A DNA stretch of 64,000 nucleotides from Utricularia gibba. Taxonomy: Eukaryota > Plantae > Magnoliophyta. The position numbers were made by a program, and so were the translations under genes. Position 1 is the first letter of the stretch. Every line of letters begins with the position of its first letter. Shown one piece after another: positions 23,901 through 36,900 of the stretch. The stretch is from the NCBI GenBank assembly GCA_002189035.1, contig NEEC01000044.1, forward strand, positions 4,523 to 68,522, read 5' to 3'. The notes under the pieces were generated by a model. That model worked only from the letters and a program-made list of their open reading frames with translations, searched no databases and was not told the DNA's origin.

Positions 23901-24956
23901 GTGCGCCTACATGTCCGGTGGTTCGAAGGAGCGTTCGATGAGGTTTCTGCGAGTCCAAGGGTTGGAATGCAGTCAATTAGCCATCGAACAAGTCGAGAAA
24001 CCCTCCAAAAGGGCGCGGTGTCTAGAACACCTCCTTTGAGAATGGAGGGCGGATGGAACTTGCTCCACATGCCGCGAATGGAGATATGCATACGAAAAAA
24101 CACCAACATCGGGTCACCGACGTCGTTGCCAAGGAACTCTCTACAAGCACCGTGTGACGACCTCCTTTGCAGCTATTGGATCCCCCTGCGGAGTGTCTCC
24201 GTACCTCGAAAAAACGAGCTTTCTACGGTAGCTCGTTTTCAGGAGCGCATGGCTCTTGAAACTCAGCACATGGATTCGCAATGATGGCAAGGGAGAGCAC
24301 GTCCAATGGCGTAGTTACCGCGCCGCAATCGCATTCGAGGAGAAAAGAAGTTGTTTGGAAAAGAATTGGGCATCAAGGAAGACCGTTCAAATAGGCTCAC
24401 GAAATTTGGAATTGGAGCAGCAGTACGTGTGACTTGTGTTGCTCCACCATTATGTGCGTCGATGGGTGTAGCGTGTTTGCGCAGTTTCACAAGGATACAG
24501 GGTGGCGAACAGTAGTTTGCAATAAGCATGAAGCGGGGGGTACCGCTTGTGCACAAAAAGCTATAAAAGCTGTCCTTGTATAATTTCCCATGGGTATGAA
24601 CCAGGTGCCGGGTTCACACGCAAGCCTTCAGGTGAATCTACGTGACGATATTCATTCCAAGCTCCGTCGGATAGTGCCACCCTCGATAGCCAGCATATCA
24701 ATGCTATCTTGACAGGCTGCTGACGGGAATCGACAGTCCCCGAGCTCACTTTTTGCTACATGGATTTAAAGAAGTTGAGTAGCTTATGTTTGTATGCAGA
24801 ACACGAGAAGTCCCCATCCGTCGCAGAAAAGGGGCGTGGATAGATGTGAGTGTTGCCACTCCCTTCTCTATGACCTTAAAATCGTGTATTTGTGTGCTTC
24901 TTGCGGTTTGTCTTCAGACCGGAATGTCCTTCTTCGAGGTTCACTTCATTGTGGTG
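20921..24956. repeat. Degenerate copies 11-12 (net -148 bp, 10 indel events)
   Basis: Relative to consensus: -C ~21702, -GA ~22037, G6->G5 22588-22592, -C ~22733, net -108 at 22940, -C ~23352, -CAAAAG after 23680, -AGGGG after 23749, ATCCGC->G ~23937, -18 nt after 23984. The sum of 148 matches the ORF offsets. Confidence 0.95.
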
Positions 24957-27900
24957 CACTCGGGTTGTTCCGCTTGTATTTCCTCACGAGAGGAGATACG
25001 TTTGTGTCCTCCTTCACTTCATGGAAAGATGTGGGAGCACGCAGCAGATTATGGAGATTTGAAACAGAACACACATCACGAGGCAACCTAACGACGCAGC
25101 AACCAGCCCGACCTCGGTCTACCTGGAGCACCATCAATGAGCATGGCGTTGGAAGTGGCATACTCTACATGCAAAACGTAACCACCACCTCCTCTGACGT
25201 ATGCTCGGTTCTCCTTGTAGGTGGAGTGGATGGTGGTCCCGATGACGCGCCTCCTACATGCACCTCGAACCACGCAGGTAATGCAAGCACACGCAACATC
25301 ATGCGTCTTCACTCCACAGCAGGAGGCTCCATGCATGTTTCTAACAGCATCGATCATTCGCTCCCCTTCATTTCGAGCTTCACGAGATGGCTGGAATACC
25401 ATCGAAACCCTGCATATCTTTCCTGGAGCACCCGCCCAAGTGCGACAAAGCTCCTATTTTCTTAGGACATCCGCGTCATGGCCATTCTTCGTCTCAACTT
25501 GTTTTCCCAGAGTGGGCTCGAAGGCGACGATCCGTTAACATGCAGCAAAGGAAGCCAACACTCGCCAACAGAAGGTCACGCTTTGCGGAAACCATGCTCT
25601 CTAAAAGGCATTGCATAACAATCCGAACGAGCTCACCAGCAGGAACTCAGGGAACGTGAGTTGGGACATGATGAAAGGGAAGTATGAGGCGAATTCGCAT
25701 TCCAATGTTATCACTATTTGCGATCCCAAAATTGAATCCAAAAGTTCGTAGCAGAGAGGCTGCAAAAAACTACAGAAATCGGTTCTCGAAGGCCGTACCA
25801 GCATTCCAACATGAGGGGCACACGCAAAGGGATCCTTGGAGCAACAAACGGTGGTACGCATACGCGACCAGGGTTGCGCCCAAAGTCATCGATCCTGGAT
25901 CGCGGCGTTGTGAACGTCGTTTTCACAATCGTGTAGCTGTGTAGAACCATTCAAGCTGTAGAATGCAAGGTGCGCCTACATGTCCGGTGGTTCGAAGGAG
26001 CGTTCATCCGCATGAGGTTTCTGCGAGTCCAAGGGTTGGAATGCAGTCAATTAGCCATGGGAGTAAGAAAAAAAGACGAACAAGTCGAGAAACCCTCCAA
26101 AAGGGCGCGGTGTCTAGAACACCTCCTTTGAGAATGGAGGGCGGATGGAACTTGCTCCACATGCCGCGAATGGAGATATGCATACGAAAAAACACCAACA
26201 TCGGGTCACCGACGTCGTTGCCAAGGAACTCTCTACAAGCACCGTGTGACGACCTCCTTTGCAGCTATTGGATCCCCCTGCGGAGTGTCTCCGTACCTCG
26301 AAAAAACGAGCTTTCTACGGTAGCTCGTTTTCAGGAGCGCATGGCTCTTGAAACTCAGCACATGGATTCGCAATGATGGCAAGGGAGAGCACGTCCAATG
26401 GCGTAGTTACCGCGCCGCAATCGCATTCGAGGAGAAAAGAAGTTGTTTGGAAAAGAATTGGGCATCAAGGAAGACCGTTCAAATAGGCTCACGAAATTTG
26501 GAATTGGAGCAGCAGTACGTGTGACTTGTGTTGCTCCACCATTATGTGCGTCGATGGGTGTAGCGTGTTTGCGCAGTTTCACAAGGATACAGGGTGGCGA
26601 ACAGTAGTTTGCAATAAGCATGAAGCGGGGGGTACCGCTTGTGCACAAAAAGCTATAAAAGCTGTCCTTGTATAATTTCCCATGGGTATGAACCAGGTGC
26701 CGGGTTCACACGCAAGCCTTCAGGTGAATCTACGTGACGATATTCATTCCAAGCTCCGTCGGATAGTGCCACCCTCGATAGCCAGCATATCAATGCTATC
26801 TTGACAGGCTGCTGACGGGAATCGACAGTCCCCGAGCTCACTTTTTGCTACATGGATTTAAAGAAGTTGAGTAGCTTATGTTTGTATGCAGAACACGAGA
26901 AGTCCCCATCCGTCGCAGAAAAGGGGCGTGGATAGATGTGAGTGTTGCCACTCCCTTCTCTATGACCTTAAAATCGTGTATTTGTGTGCTTCTTGCGGTT
27001 TGTCTTCAGACCGGAATGTCCTTCTTCGAGGTTCACTTCATTGTGGTGCACTCGGGTTGTTCCGCTTGTATTTCCTCACGAGAGGAGATACGTTTGTGTC
27101 CTCCTTCACTTCATGGAAAGATGTGGGAGCACGCAGCAGATTATGGAGATTTGAAACAGAACACACATCACGAGGCAACCTAACGACGCAGCAACCAGCC
27201 CGACCTCGGTCTACCTGGAGCACCATCAATGAGCATGGCGTTGGAAGTGGCATACTCTACATGCAAAACGTAACCACCACCTCCTCTGACGTATGCTCGG
27301 TTCTCCTTGTAGGTGGAGTGGATGGTGGTCCCGATGACGCGCCTCCTACATGCACCTCGAACCACGCAGGTAATGCAAGCACACGCAACATCATGCGTCT
27401 TCACTCCACAGCAGGAGGCTCCATGCATGTTTCTAACAGCATCGATCATTCGCTCCCCTTCATTTCGAGCTTCACGAGATGGCTGGAATACCATCGAAAC
27501 CCTGCATATCTTTCCTGGAGCACCCGCCCAAGTGCGACAAAGCTCCTATTTTCTTAGGACATCCGCGTCATGGCCATTCTTCGTCTCAACTTGTTTTCCC
27601 AGAGTGGGCTCGAAGGCGACGATCCGTTAACATGCAGCAAAGGAAGCCAACACTCGCCAACAGAAGGTCACGCTTTGCGGAAACCATGCTCTCTAAAAGG
27701 CATTGCATAACAATCCGAACGAGCTCACCAGCAGGAACTCAGGGAACGTGAGTTGGGACATGATGAAAGGGAAGTATGAGGCGAATTCGCATTCCAATGT
27801 TATCACTATTTGCGATCCCAAAATTGAATCCAAAAGTTCGTAGCAGAGAGGCTGCAAAAAACTACAGAAATCGGTTCTCGAAGGCCGTACCAGCATTCCA

Positions 27901-30900
27901 ACATGAGGGGCACACGCAAAGGGATCCTTGGAGCAACAAACGGTGGTACGCATACGCGACCAGGGTTGCGCCCAAAGTCATCGATCCTGGATCGCGGCGT
28001 TGTGAACGTCGTTTTCACAATCGTGTAGCTGTGTAGAACCATTCAAGCTGTAGAATGCAAGGTGCGCCTACATGTCCGGTGGTTCGAAGGAGCGTTCATC
28101 CGCATGAGGTTTCTGCGAGTCCAAGGGTTGGAATGCAGTCAATTAGCCATGGGAGTAAGAAAAAAAGACGAACAAGTCGAGAAACCCTCCAAAAGGGCGC
28201 GGTGTCTAGAACACCTCCTTTGAGAATGGAGGGCGGATGGAACTTGCTCCACATGCCGCGAATGGAGATATGCATACGAAAAAACACCAACATCGGGTCA
28301 CCGACGTCGTTGCCAAGGAACTCTCTACAAGCACCGTGTGACGACCTCCTTTGCAGCTATTGGATCCCCCTGCGGAGTGTCTCCGTACCTCGAAAAAACG
28401 AGCTTTCTACGGTAGCTCGTTTTCAGGAGCGCATGGCTCTTGAAACTCAGCACATGGATTCGCAATGATGGCAAGGGAGAGCACGTCCAATGGCGTAGTT
28501 ACCGCGCCGCAATCGCATTCGAGGAGAAAAGAAGTTGTTTGGAAAAGAATTGGGCATCAAGGAAGACCGTTCAAATAGGCTCACGAAATTTGGAATTGGA
28601 GCAGCAGTACGTGTGACTTGTGTTGCTCCACCATTATGTGCGTCGATGGGTGTAGCGTGTTTGCGCAGTTTCACAAGGATACAGGGTGGCGAACAGTAGT
28701 TTGCAATAAGCATGAAGCGGGGGGTACCGCTTGTGCACAAAAAGCTATAAAAGCTGTCCTTGTATAATTTCCCATGGGTATGAACCAGGTGCCGGGTTCA
28801 CACGCAAGCCTTCAGGTGAATCTACGTGACGATATTCATTCCAAGCTCCGTCGGATAGTGCCACCCTCGATAGCCAGCATATCAATGCTATCTTGACAGG
28901 CTGCTGACGGGAATCGACAGTCCCCGAGCTCACTTTTTGCTACATGGATTTAAAGAAGTTGAGTAGCTTATGTTTGTATGCAGAACACGAGAAGTCCCCA
29001 TCCGTCGCAGAAAAGGGGCGTGGATAGATGTGAGTGTTGCCACTCCCTTCTCTATGACCTTAAAATCGTGTATTTGTGTGCTTCTTGCGGTTTGTCTTCA
29101 GACCGGAATGTCCTTCTTCGAGGTTCACTTCATTGTGGTGCACTCGGGTTGTTCCGCTTGTATTTCCTCACGAGAGGAGATACGTTTGTGTCCTCCTTCA
29201 CTTCATGGAAAGATGTGGGAGCACGCAGCAGATTATGGAGATTTGAAACAGAACACACATCACGAGGCAACCTAACGACGCAGCAACCAGCCCGACCTCG
29301 GTCTACCTGGAGCACCATCAATGAGCATGGCGTTGGAAGTGGCATACTCTACATGCAAAACGTAACCACCACCTCCTCTGACGTATGCTCGGTTCTCCTT
29401 GTAGGTGGAGTGGATGGTGGTCCCGATGACGCGCCTCCTACATGCACCTCGAACCACGCAGGTAATGCAAGCACACGCAACATCATGCGTCTTCACTCCA
29501 CAGCAGGAGGCTCCATGCATGTTTCTAACAGCATCGATCATTCGCTCCCCTTCATTTCGAGCTTCACGAGATGGCTGGAATACCATCGAAACCCTGCATA
29601 TCTTTCCTGGAGCACCCGCCCAAGTGCGACAAAGCTCCTATTTTCTTAGGACATCCGCGTCATGGCCATTCTTCGTCTCAACTTGTTTTCCCAGAGTGGG
29701 CTCGAAGGCGACGATCCGTTAACATGCAGCAAAGGAAGCCAACACTCGCCAACAGAAGGTCACGCTTTGCGGAAACCATGCTCTCTAAAAGGCATTGCAT
29801 AACAATCCGAACGAGCTCACCAGCAGGAACTCAGGGAACGTGAGTTGGGACATGATGAAAGGGAAGTATGAGGCGAATTCGCATTCCAATGTTATCACTA
29901 TTTGCGATCCCAAAATTGAATCCAAAAGTTCGTAGCAGAGAGGCTGCAAAAAACTACAGAAATCGGTTCTCGAAGGCCGTACCAGCATTCCAACATGAGG
30001 GGCACACGCAAAGGGATCCTTGGAGCAACAAACGGTGGTACGCATACGCGACCAGGGTTGCGCCCAAAGTCATCGATCCTGGATCGCGGCGTTGTGAACG
30101 TCGTTTTCACAATCGTGTAGCTGTGTAGAACCATTCAAGCTGTAGAATGCAAGGTGCGCCTACATGTCCGGTGGTTCGAAGGAGCGTTCATCCGCATGAG
30201 GTTTCTGCGAGTCCAAGGGTTGGAATGCAGTCAATTAGCCATGGGAGTAAGAAAAAAAGACGAACAAGTCGAGAAACCCTCCAAAAGGGCGCGGTGTCTA
30301 GAACACCTCCTTTGAGAATGGAGGGCGGATGGAACTTGCTCCACATGCCGCGAATGGAGATATGCATACGAAAAAACACCAACATCGGGTCACCGACGTC
30401 GTTGCCAAGGAACTCTCTACAAGCACCGTGTGACGACCTCCTTTGCAGCTATTGGATCCCCCTGCGGAGTGTCTCCGTACCTCGAAAAAACGAGCTTTCT
30501 ACGGTAGCTCGTTTTCAGGAGCGCATGGCTCTTGAAACTCAGCACATGGATTCGCAATGATGGCAAGGGAGAGCACGTCCAATGGCGTAGTTACCGCGCC
30601 GCAATCGCATTCGAGGAGAAAAGAAGTTGTTTGGAAAAGAATTGGGCATCAAGGAAGACCGTTCAAATAGGCTCACGAAATTTGGAATTGGAGCAGCAGT
30701 ACGTGTGACTTGTGTTGCTCCACCATTATGTGCGTCGATGGGTGTAGCGTGTTTGCGCAGTTTCACAAGGATACAGGGTGGCGAACAGTAGTTTGCAATA
30801 AGCATGAAGCGGGGGGTACCGCTTGTGCACAAAAAGCTATAAAAGCTGTCCTTGTATAATTTCCCATGGGTATGAACCAGGTGCCGGGTTCACACGCAAG

Positions 30901-33900
30901 CCTTCAGGTGAATCTACGTGACGATATTCATTCCAAGCTCCGTCGGATAGTGCCACCCTCGATAGCCAGCATATCAATGCTATCTTGACAGGCTGCTGAC
31001 GGGAATCGACAGTCCCCGAGCTCACTTTTTGCTACATGGATTTAAAGAAGTTGAGTAGCTTATGTTTGTATGCAGAACACGAGAAGTCCCCATCCGTCGC
31101 AGAAAAGGGGCGTGGATAGATGTGAGTGTTGCCACTCCCTTCTCTATGACCTTAAAATCGTGTATTTGTGTGCTTCTTGCGGTTTGTCTTCAGACCGGAA
31201 TGTCCTTCTTCGAGGTTCACTTCATTGTGGTGCACTCGGGTTGTTCCGCTTGTATTTCCTCACGAGAGGAGATACGTTTGTGTCCTCCTTCACTTCATGG
31301 AAAGATGTGGGAGCACGCAGCAGATTATGGAGATTTGAAACAGAACACACATCACGAGGCAACCTAACGACGCAGCAACCAGCCCGACCTCGGTCTACCT
31401 GGAGCACCATCAATGAGCATGGCGTTGGAAGTGGCATACTCTACATGCAAAACGTAACCACCACCTCCTCTGACGTATGCTCGGTTCTCCTTGTAGGTGG
31501 AGTGGATGGTGGTCCCGATGACGCGCCTCCTACATGCACCTCGAACCACGCAGGTAATGCAAGCACACGCAACATCATGCGTCTTCACTCCACAGCAGGA
31601 GGCTCCATGCATGTTTCTAACAGCATCGATCATTCGCTCCCCTTCATTTCGAGCTTCACGAGATGGCTGGAATACCATCGAAACCCTGCATATCTTTCCT
31701 GGAGCACCCGCCCAAGTGCGACAAAGCTCCTATTTTCTTAGGACATCCGCGTCATGGCCATTCTTCGTCTCAACTTGTTTTCCCAGAGTGGGCTCGAAGG
31801 CGACGATCCGTTAACATGCAGCAAAGGAAGCCAACACTCGCCAACAGAAGGTCACGCTTTGCGGAAACCATGCTCTCTAAAAGGCATTGCATAACAATCC
31901 GAACGAGCTCACCAGCAGGAACTCAGGGAACGTGAGTTGGGACATGATGAAAGGGAAGTATGAGGCGAATTCGCATTCCAATGTTATCACTATTTGCGAT
32001 CCCAAAATTGAATCCAAAAGTTCGTAGCAGAGAGGCTGCAAAAAACTACAGAAATCGGTTCTCGAAGGCCGTACCAGCATTCCAACATGAGGGGCACACG
32101 CAAAGGGATCCTTGGAGCAACAAACGGTGGTACGCATACGCGACCAGGGTTGCGCCCAAAGTCATCGATCCTGGATCGCGGCGTTGTGAACGTCGTTTTC
32201 ACAATCGTGTAGCTGTGTAGAACCATTCAAGCTGTAGAATGCAAGGTGCGCCTACATGTCCGGTGGTTCGAAGGAGCGTTCATCCGCATGAGGTTTCTGC
32301 GAGTCCAAGGGTTGGAATGCAGTCAATTAGCCATGGGAGTAAGAAAAAAAGACGAACAAGTCGAGAAACCCTCCAAAAGGGCGCGGTGTCTAGAACACCT
32401 CCTTTGAGAATGGAGGGCGGATGGAACTTGCTCCACATGCCGCGAATGGAGATATGCATACGAAAAAACACCAACATCGGGTCACCGACGTCGTTGCCAA
32501 GGAACTCTCTACAAGCACCGTGTGACGACCTCCTTTGCAGCTATTGGATCCCCCTGCGGAGTGTCTCCGTACCTCGAAAAAACGAGCTTTCTACGGTAGC
32601 TCGTTTTCAGGAGCGCATGGCTCTTGAAACTCAGCACATGGATTCGCAATGATGGCAAGGGAGAGCACGTCCAATGGCGTAGTTACCGCGCCGCAATCGC
32701 ATTCGAGGAGAAAAGAAGTTGTTTGGAAAAGAATTGGGCATCAAGGAAGACCGTTCAAATAGGCTCACGAAATTTGGAATTGGAGCAGCAGTACGTGTGA
32801 CTTGTGTTGCTCCACCATTATGTGCGTCGATGGGTGTAGCGTGTTTGCGCAGTTTCACAAGGATACAGGGTGGCGAACAGTAGTTTGCAATAAGCATGAA
32901 GCGGGGGGTACCGCTTGTGCACAAAAAGCTATAAAAGCTGTCCTTGTATAATTTCCCATGGGTATGAACCAGGTGCCGGGTTCACACGCAAGCCTTCAGG
33001 TGAATCTACGTGACGATATTCATTCCAAGCTCCGTCGGATAGTGCCACCCTCGATAGCCAGCATATCAATGCTATCTTGACAGGCTGCTGACGGGAATCG
33101 ACAGTCCCCGAGCTCACTTTTTGCTACATGGATTTAAAGAAGTTGAGTAGCTTATGTTTGTATGCAGAACACGAGAAGTCCCCATCCGTCGCAGAAAAGG
33201 GGCGTGGATAGATGTGAGTGTTGCCACTCCCTTCTCTATGACCTTAAAATCGTGTATTTGTGTGCTTCTTGCGGTTTGTCTTCAGACCGGAATGTCCTTC
33301 TTCGAGGTTCACTTCATTGTGGTGCACTCGGGTTGTTCCGCTTGTATTTCCTCACGAGAGGAGATACGTTTGTGTCCTCCTTCACTTCATGGAAAGATGT
33401 GGGAGCACGCAGCAGATTATGGAGATTTGAAACAGAACACACATCACGAGGCAACCTAACGACGCAGCAACCAGCCCGACCTCGGTCTACCTGGAGCACC
33501 ATCAATGAGCATGGCGTTGGAAGTGGCATACTCTACATGCAAAACGTAACCACCACCTCCTCTGACGTATGCTCGGTTCTCCTTGTAGGTGGAGTGGATG
33601 GTGGTCCCGATGACGCGCCTCCTACATGCACCTCGAACCACGCAGGTAATGCAAGCACACGCAACATCATGCGTCTTCACTCCACAGCAGGAGGCTCCAT
33701 GCATGTTTCTAACAGCATCGATCATTCGCTCCCCTTCATTTCGAGCTTCACGAGATGGCTGGAATACCATCGAAACCCTGCATATCTTTCCTGGAGCACC
33801 CGCCCAAGTGCGACAAAGCTCCTATTTTCTTAGGACATCCGCGTCATGGCCATTCTTCGTCTCAACTTGTTTTCCCAGAGTGGGCTCGAAGGCGACGATC

Positions 33901-36900
33901 CGTTAACATGCAGCAAAGGAAGCCAACACTCGCCAACAGAAGGTCACGCTTTGCGGAAACCATGCTCTCTAAAAGGCATTGCATAACAATCCGAACGAGC
34001 TCACCAGCAGGAACTCAGGGAACGTGAGTTGGGACATGATGAAAGGGAAGTATGAGGCGAATTCGCATTCCAATGTTATCACTATTTGCGATCCCAAAAT
34101 TGAATCCAAAAGTTCGTAGCAGAGAGGCTGCAAAAAACTACAGAAATCGGTTCTCGAAGGCCGTACCAGCATTCCAACATGAGGGGCACACGCAAAGGGA
34201 TCCTTGGAGCAACAAACGGTGGTACGCATACGCGACCAGGGTTGCGCCCAAAGTCATCGATCCTGGATCGCGGCGTTGTGAACGTCGTTTTCACAATCGT
34301 GTAGCTGTGTAGAACCATTCAAGCTGTAGAATGCAAGGTGCGCCTACATGTCCGGTGGTTCGAAGGAGCGTTCATCCGCATGAGGTTTCTGCGAGTCCAA
34401 GGGTTGGAATGCAGTCAATTAGCCATGGGAGTAAGAAAAAAAGACGAACAAGTCGAGAAACCCTCCAAAAGGGCGCGGTGTCTAGAACACCTCCTTTGAG
34501 AATGGAGGGCGGATGGAACTTGCTCCACATGCCGCGAATGGAGATATGCATACGAAAAAACACCAACATCGGGTCACCGACGTCGTTGCCAAGGAACTCT
34601 CTACAAGCACCGTGTGACGACCTCCTTTGCAGCTATTGGATCCCCCTGCGGAGTGTCTCCGTACCTCGAAAAAACGAGCTTTCTACGGTAGCTCGTTTTC
34701 AGGAGCGCATGGCTCTTGAAACTCAGCACATGGATTCGCAATGATGGCAAGGGAGAGCACGTCCAATGGCGTAGTTACCGCGCCGCAATCGCATTCGAGG
34801 AGAAAAGAAGTTGTTTGGAAAAGAATTGGGCATCAAGGAAGACCGTTCAAATAGGCTCACGAAATTTGGAATTGGAGCAGCAGTACGTGTGACTTGTGTT
34901 GCTCCACCATTATGTGCGTCGATGGGTGTAGCGTGTTTGCGCAGTTTCACAAGGATACAGGGTGGCGAACAGTAGTTTGCAATAAGCATGAAGCGGGGGT
35001 ACCGCTTGTGCACAAAAAGCTATAAAAGCTGTCCTTGTATAATTTCCCATGGGTATGAACCAGGTGCCGGGTTCACACGCAAGCCTTCAGGTGAATCTAC
35101 GTGACGATATTCATTCCAAGCTCCGTCGGATAGTGCCACCCTCGATAGCCAGCATATCAATGCTATCTTGACAGGCTGCTGACGGGAATCGACAGTCCCC
35201 GAGCTCACTTTTTGCTACATGGATTTAAAGAAGTTGAGTAGCTTATGTTTGTATGCAGAACACGAGAAGTCCCCATCCGTCGCAGAAAAGGGGCGTGGAT
35301 AGATGTGAGTGTTGCCACTCCCTTCTCTATGACCTTAAAATCGTGTATTTGTGTGCTTCTTGCGGTTTGTCTTCAGACCGGAATGTCCTTCTTCGAGGTT
35401 CACTTCATTGTGGTGCACTCGGGTTGTTCCGCTTGTATTTCCTCACGAGAGGAGATACGTTTGTGTCCTCCTTCACTTCATGGAAAGATGTGGGAGCACG
35501 CAGCAGATTATGGAGATTTGAAACAGAACACACATCACGAGGCAACCTAACGACGCAGCAACCAGCCCGACCTCGGTCTACCTGGAGCACCATCAATGAG
35601 CATGGCGTTGGAAGTGGCATACTCTACATGCAAAACGTAACCACCACCTCCTCTGACGTATGCTCGGTTCTCCTTGTAGGTGGAGTGGATGGTGGTCCCG
35701 ATGACGCGCCTCCTACATGCACCTCGAACCACGCAGGTAATGCAAGCACACGCAACATCATGCGTCTTCACTCCACAGCAGGAGGCTCCATGCATGTTTC
35801 TAACAGCATCGATCATTCGCTCCCCTTCATTTCGAGCTTCACGAGATGGCTGGAATACCATCGAAACCCTGCATATCTTTCCTGGAGCACCCGCCCAAGT
35901 GCGACAAAGCTCCTATTTTCTTAGGACATCCGCGTCATGGCCATTCTTCGTCTCAACTTGTTTTCCCAGAGTGGGCTCGAAGGCGACGATCCGTTAACAT
36001 GCAGCAAAGGAAGCCAACACTCGCCAACAGAAGGTCACGCTTTGCGGAAACCATGCTCTCTAAAAGGCATTGCATAACAATCCGAACGAGCTCACCAGCA
36101 GGAACTCAGGGAACGTGAGTTGGGACATGATGAAAGGGAAGTATGAGGCGAATTCGCATTCCAATGTTATCACTATTTGCGATCCCAAAATTGAATCCAA
36201 AAGTTCGTAGCAGAGAGGCTGCAAAAAACTACAGAAATCGGTTCTCGAAGGCCGTACCAGCATTCCAACATGAGGGGCACACGCAAAGGGATCCTTGGAG
36301 CAACAAACGGTGGTACGCATACGCGACCAGGGTTGCGCCCAAAGTCATCGATCCTGGATCGCGGCGTTGTGAACGTCGTTTTCACAATCGTGTAGCTGTG
36401 TAGAACCATTCAAGCTGTAGAATGCAAGGTGCGCCTACATGTCCGGTGGTTCGAAGGAGCGTTCATCCGCATGAGGTTTCTGCGAGTCCAAGGGTTGGAA
36501 TGCAGTCAATTAGCCATGGGAGTAAGAAAAAAAGACGAACAAGTCGAGAAACCCTCCAAAAGGGCGCGGTGTCTAGAACACCTCCTTTGAGAATGGAGGG
36601 CGGATGGAACTTGCTCCACATGCCGCGAATGGAGATATGCATACGAAAAAACACCAACATCGGGTCACCGACGTCGTTGCCAAGGAACTCTCTACAAGCA
36701 CCGTGTGACGACCTCCTTTGCAGCTATTGGATCCCCCTGCGGAGTGTCTCCGTACCTCGAAAAAACGAGCTTTCTACGGTAGCTCGTTTTCAGGAGCGCA
36801 TGGCTCTTGAAACTCAGCACATGGATTCGCAATGATGGCAAGGGAGAGCACGTCCAATGGCGTAGTTACCGCGCCGCAATCGCATTCGAGGAGAAAAGAA

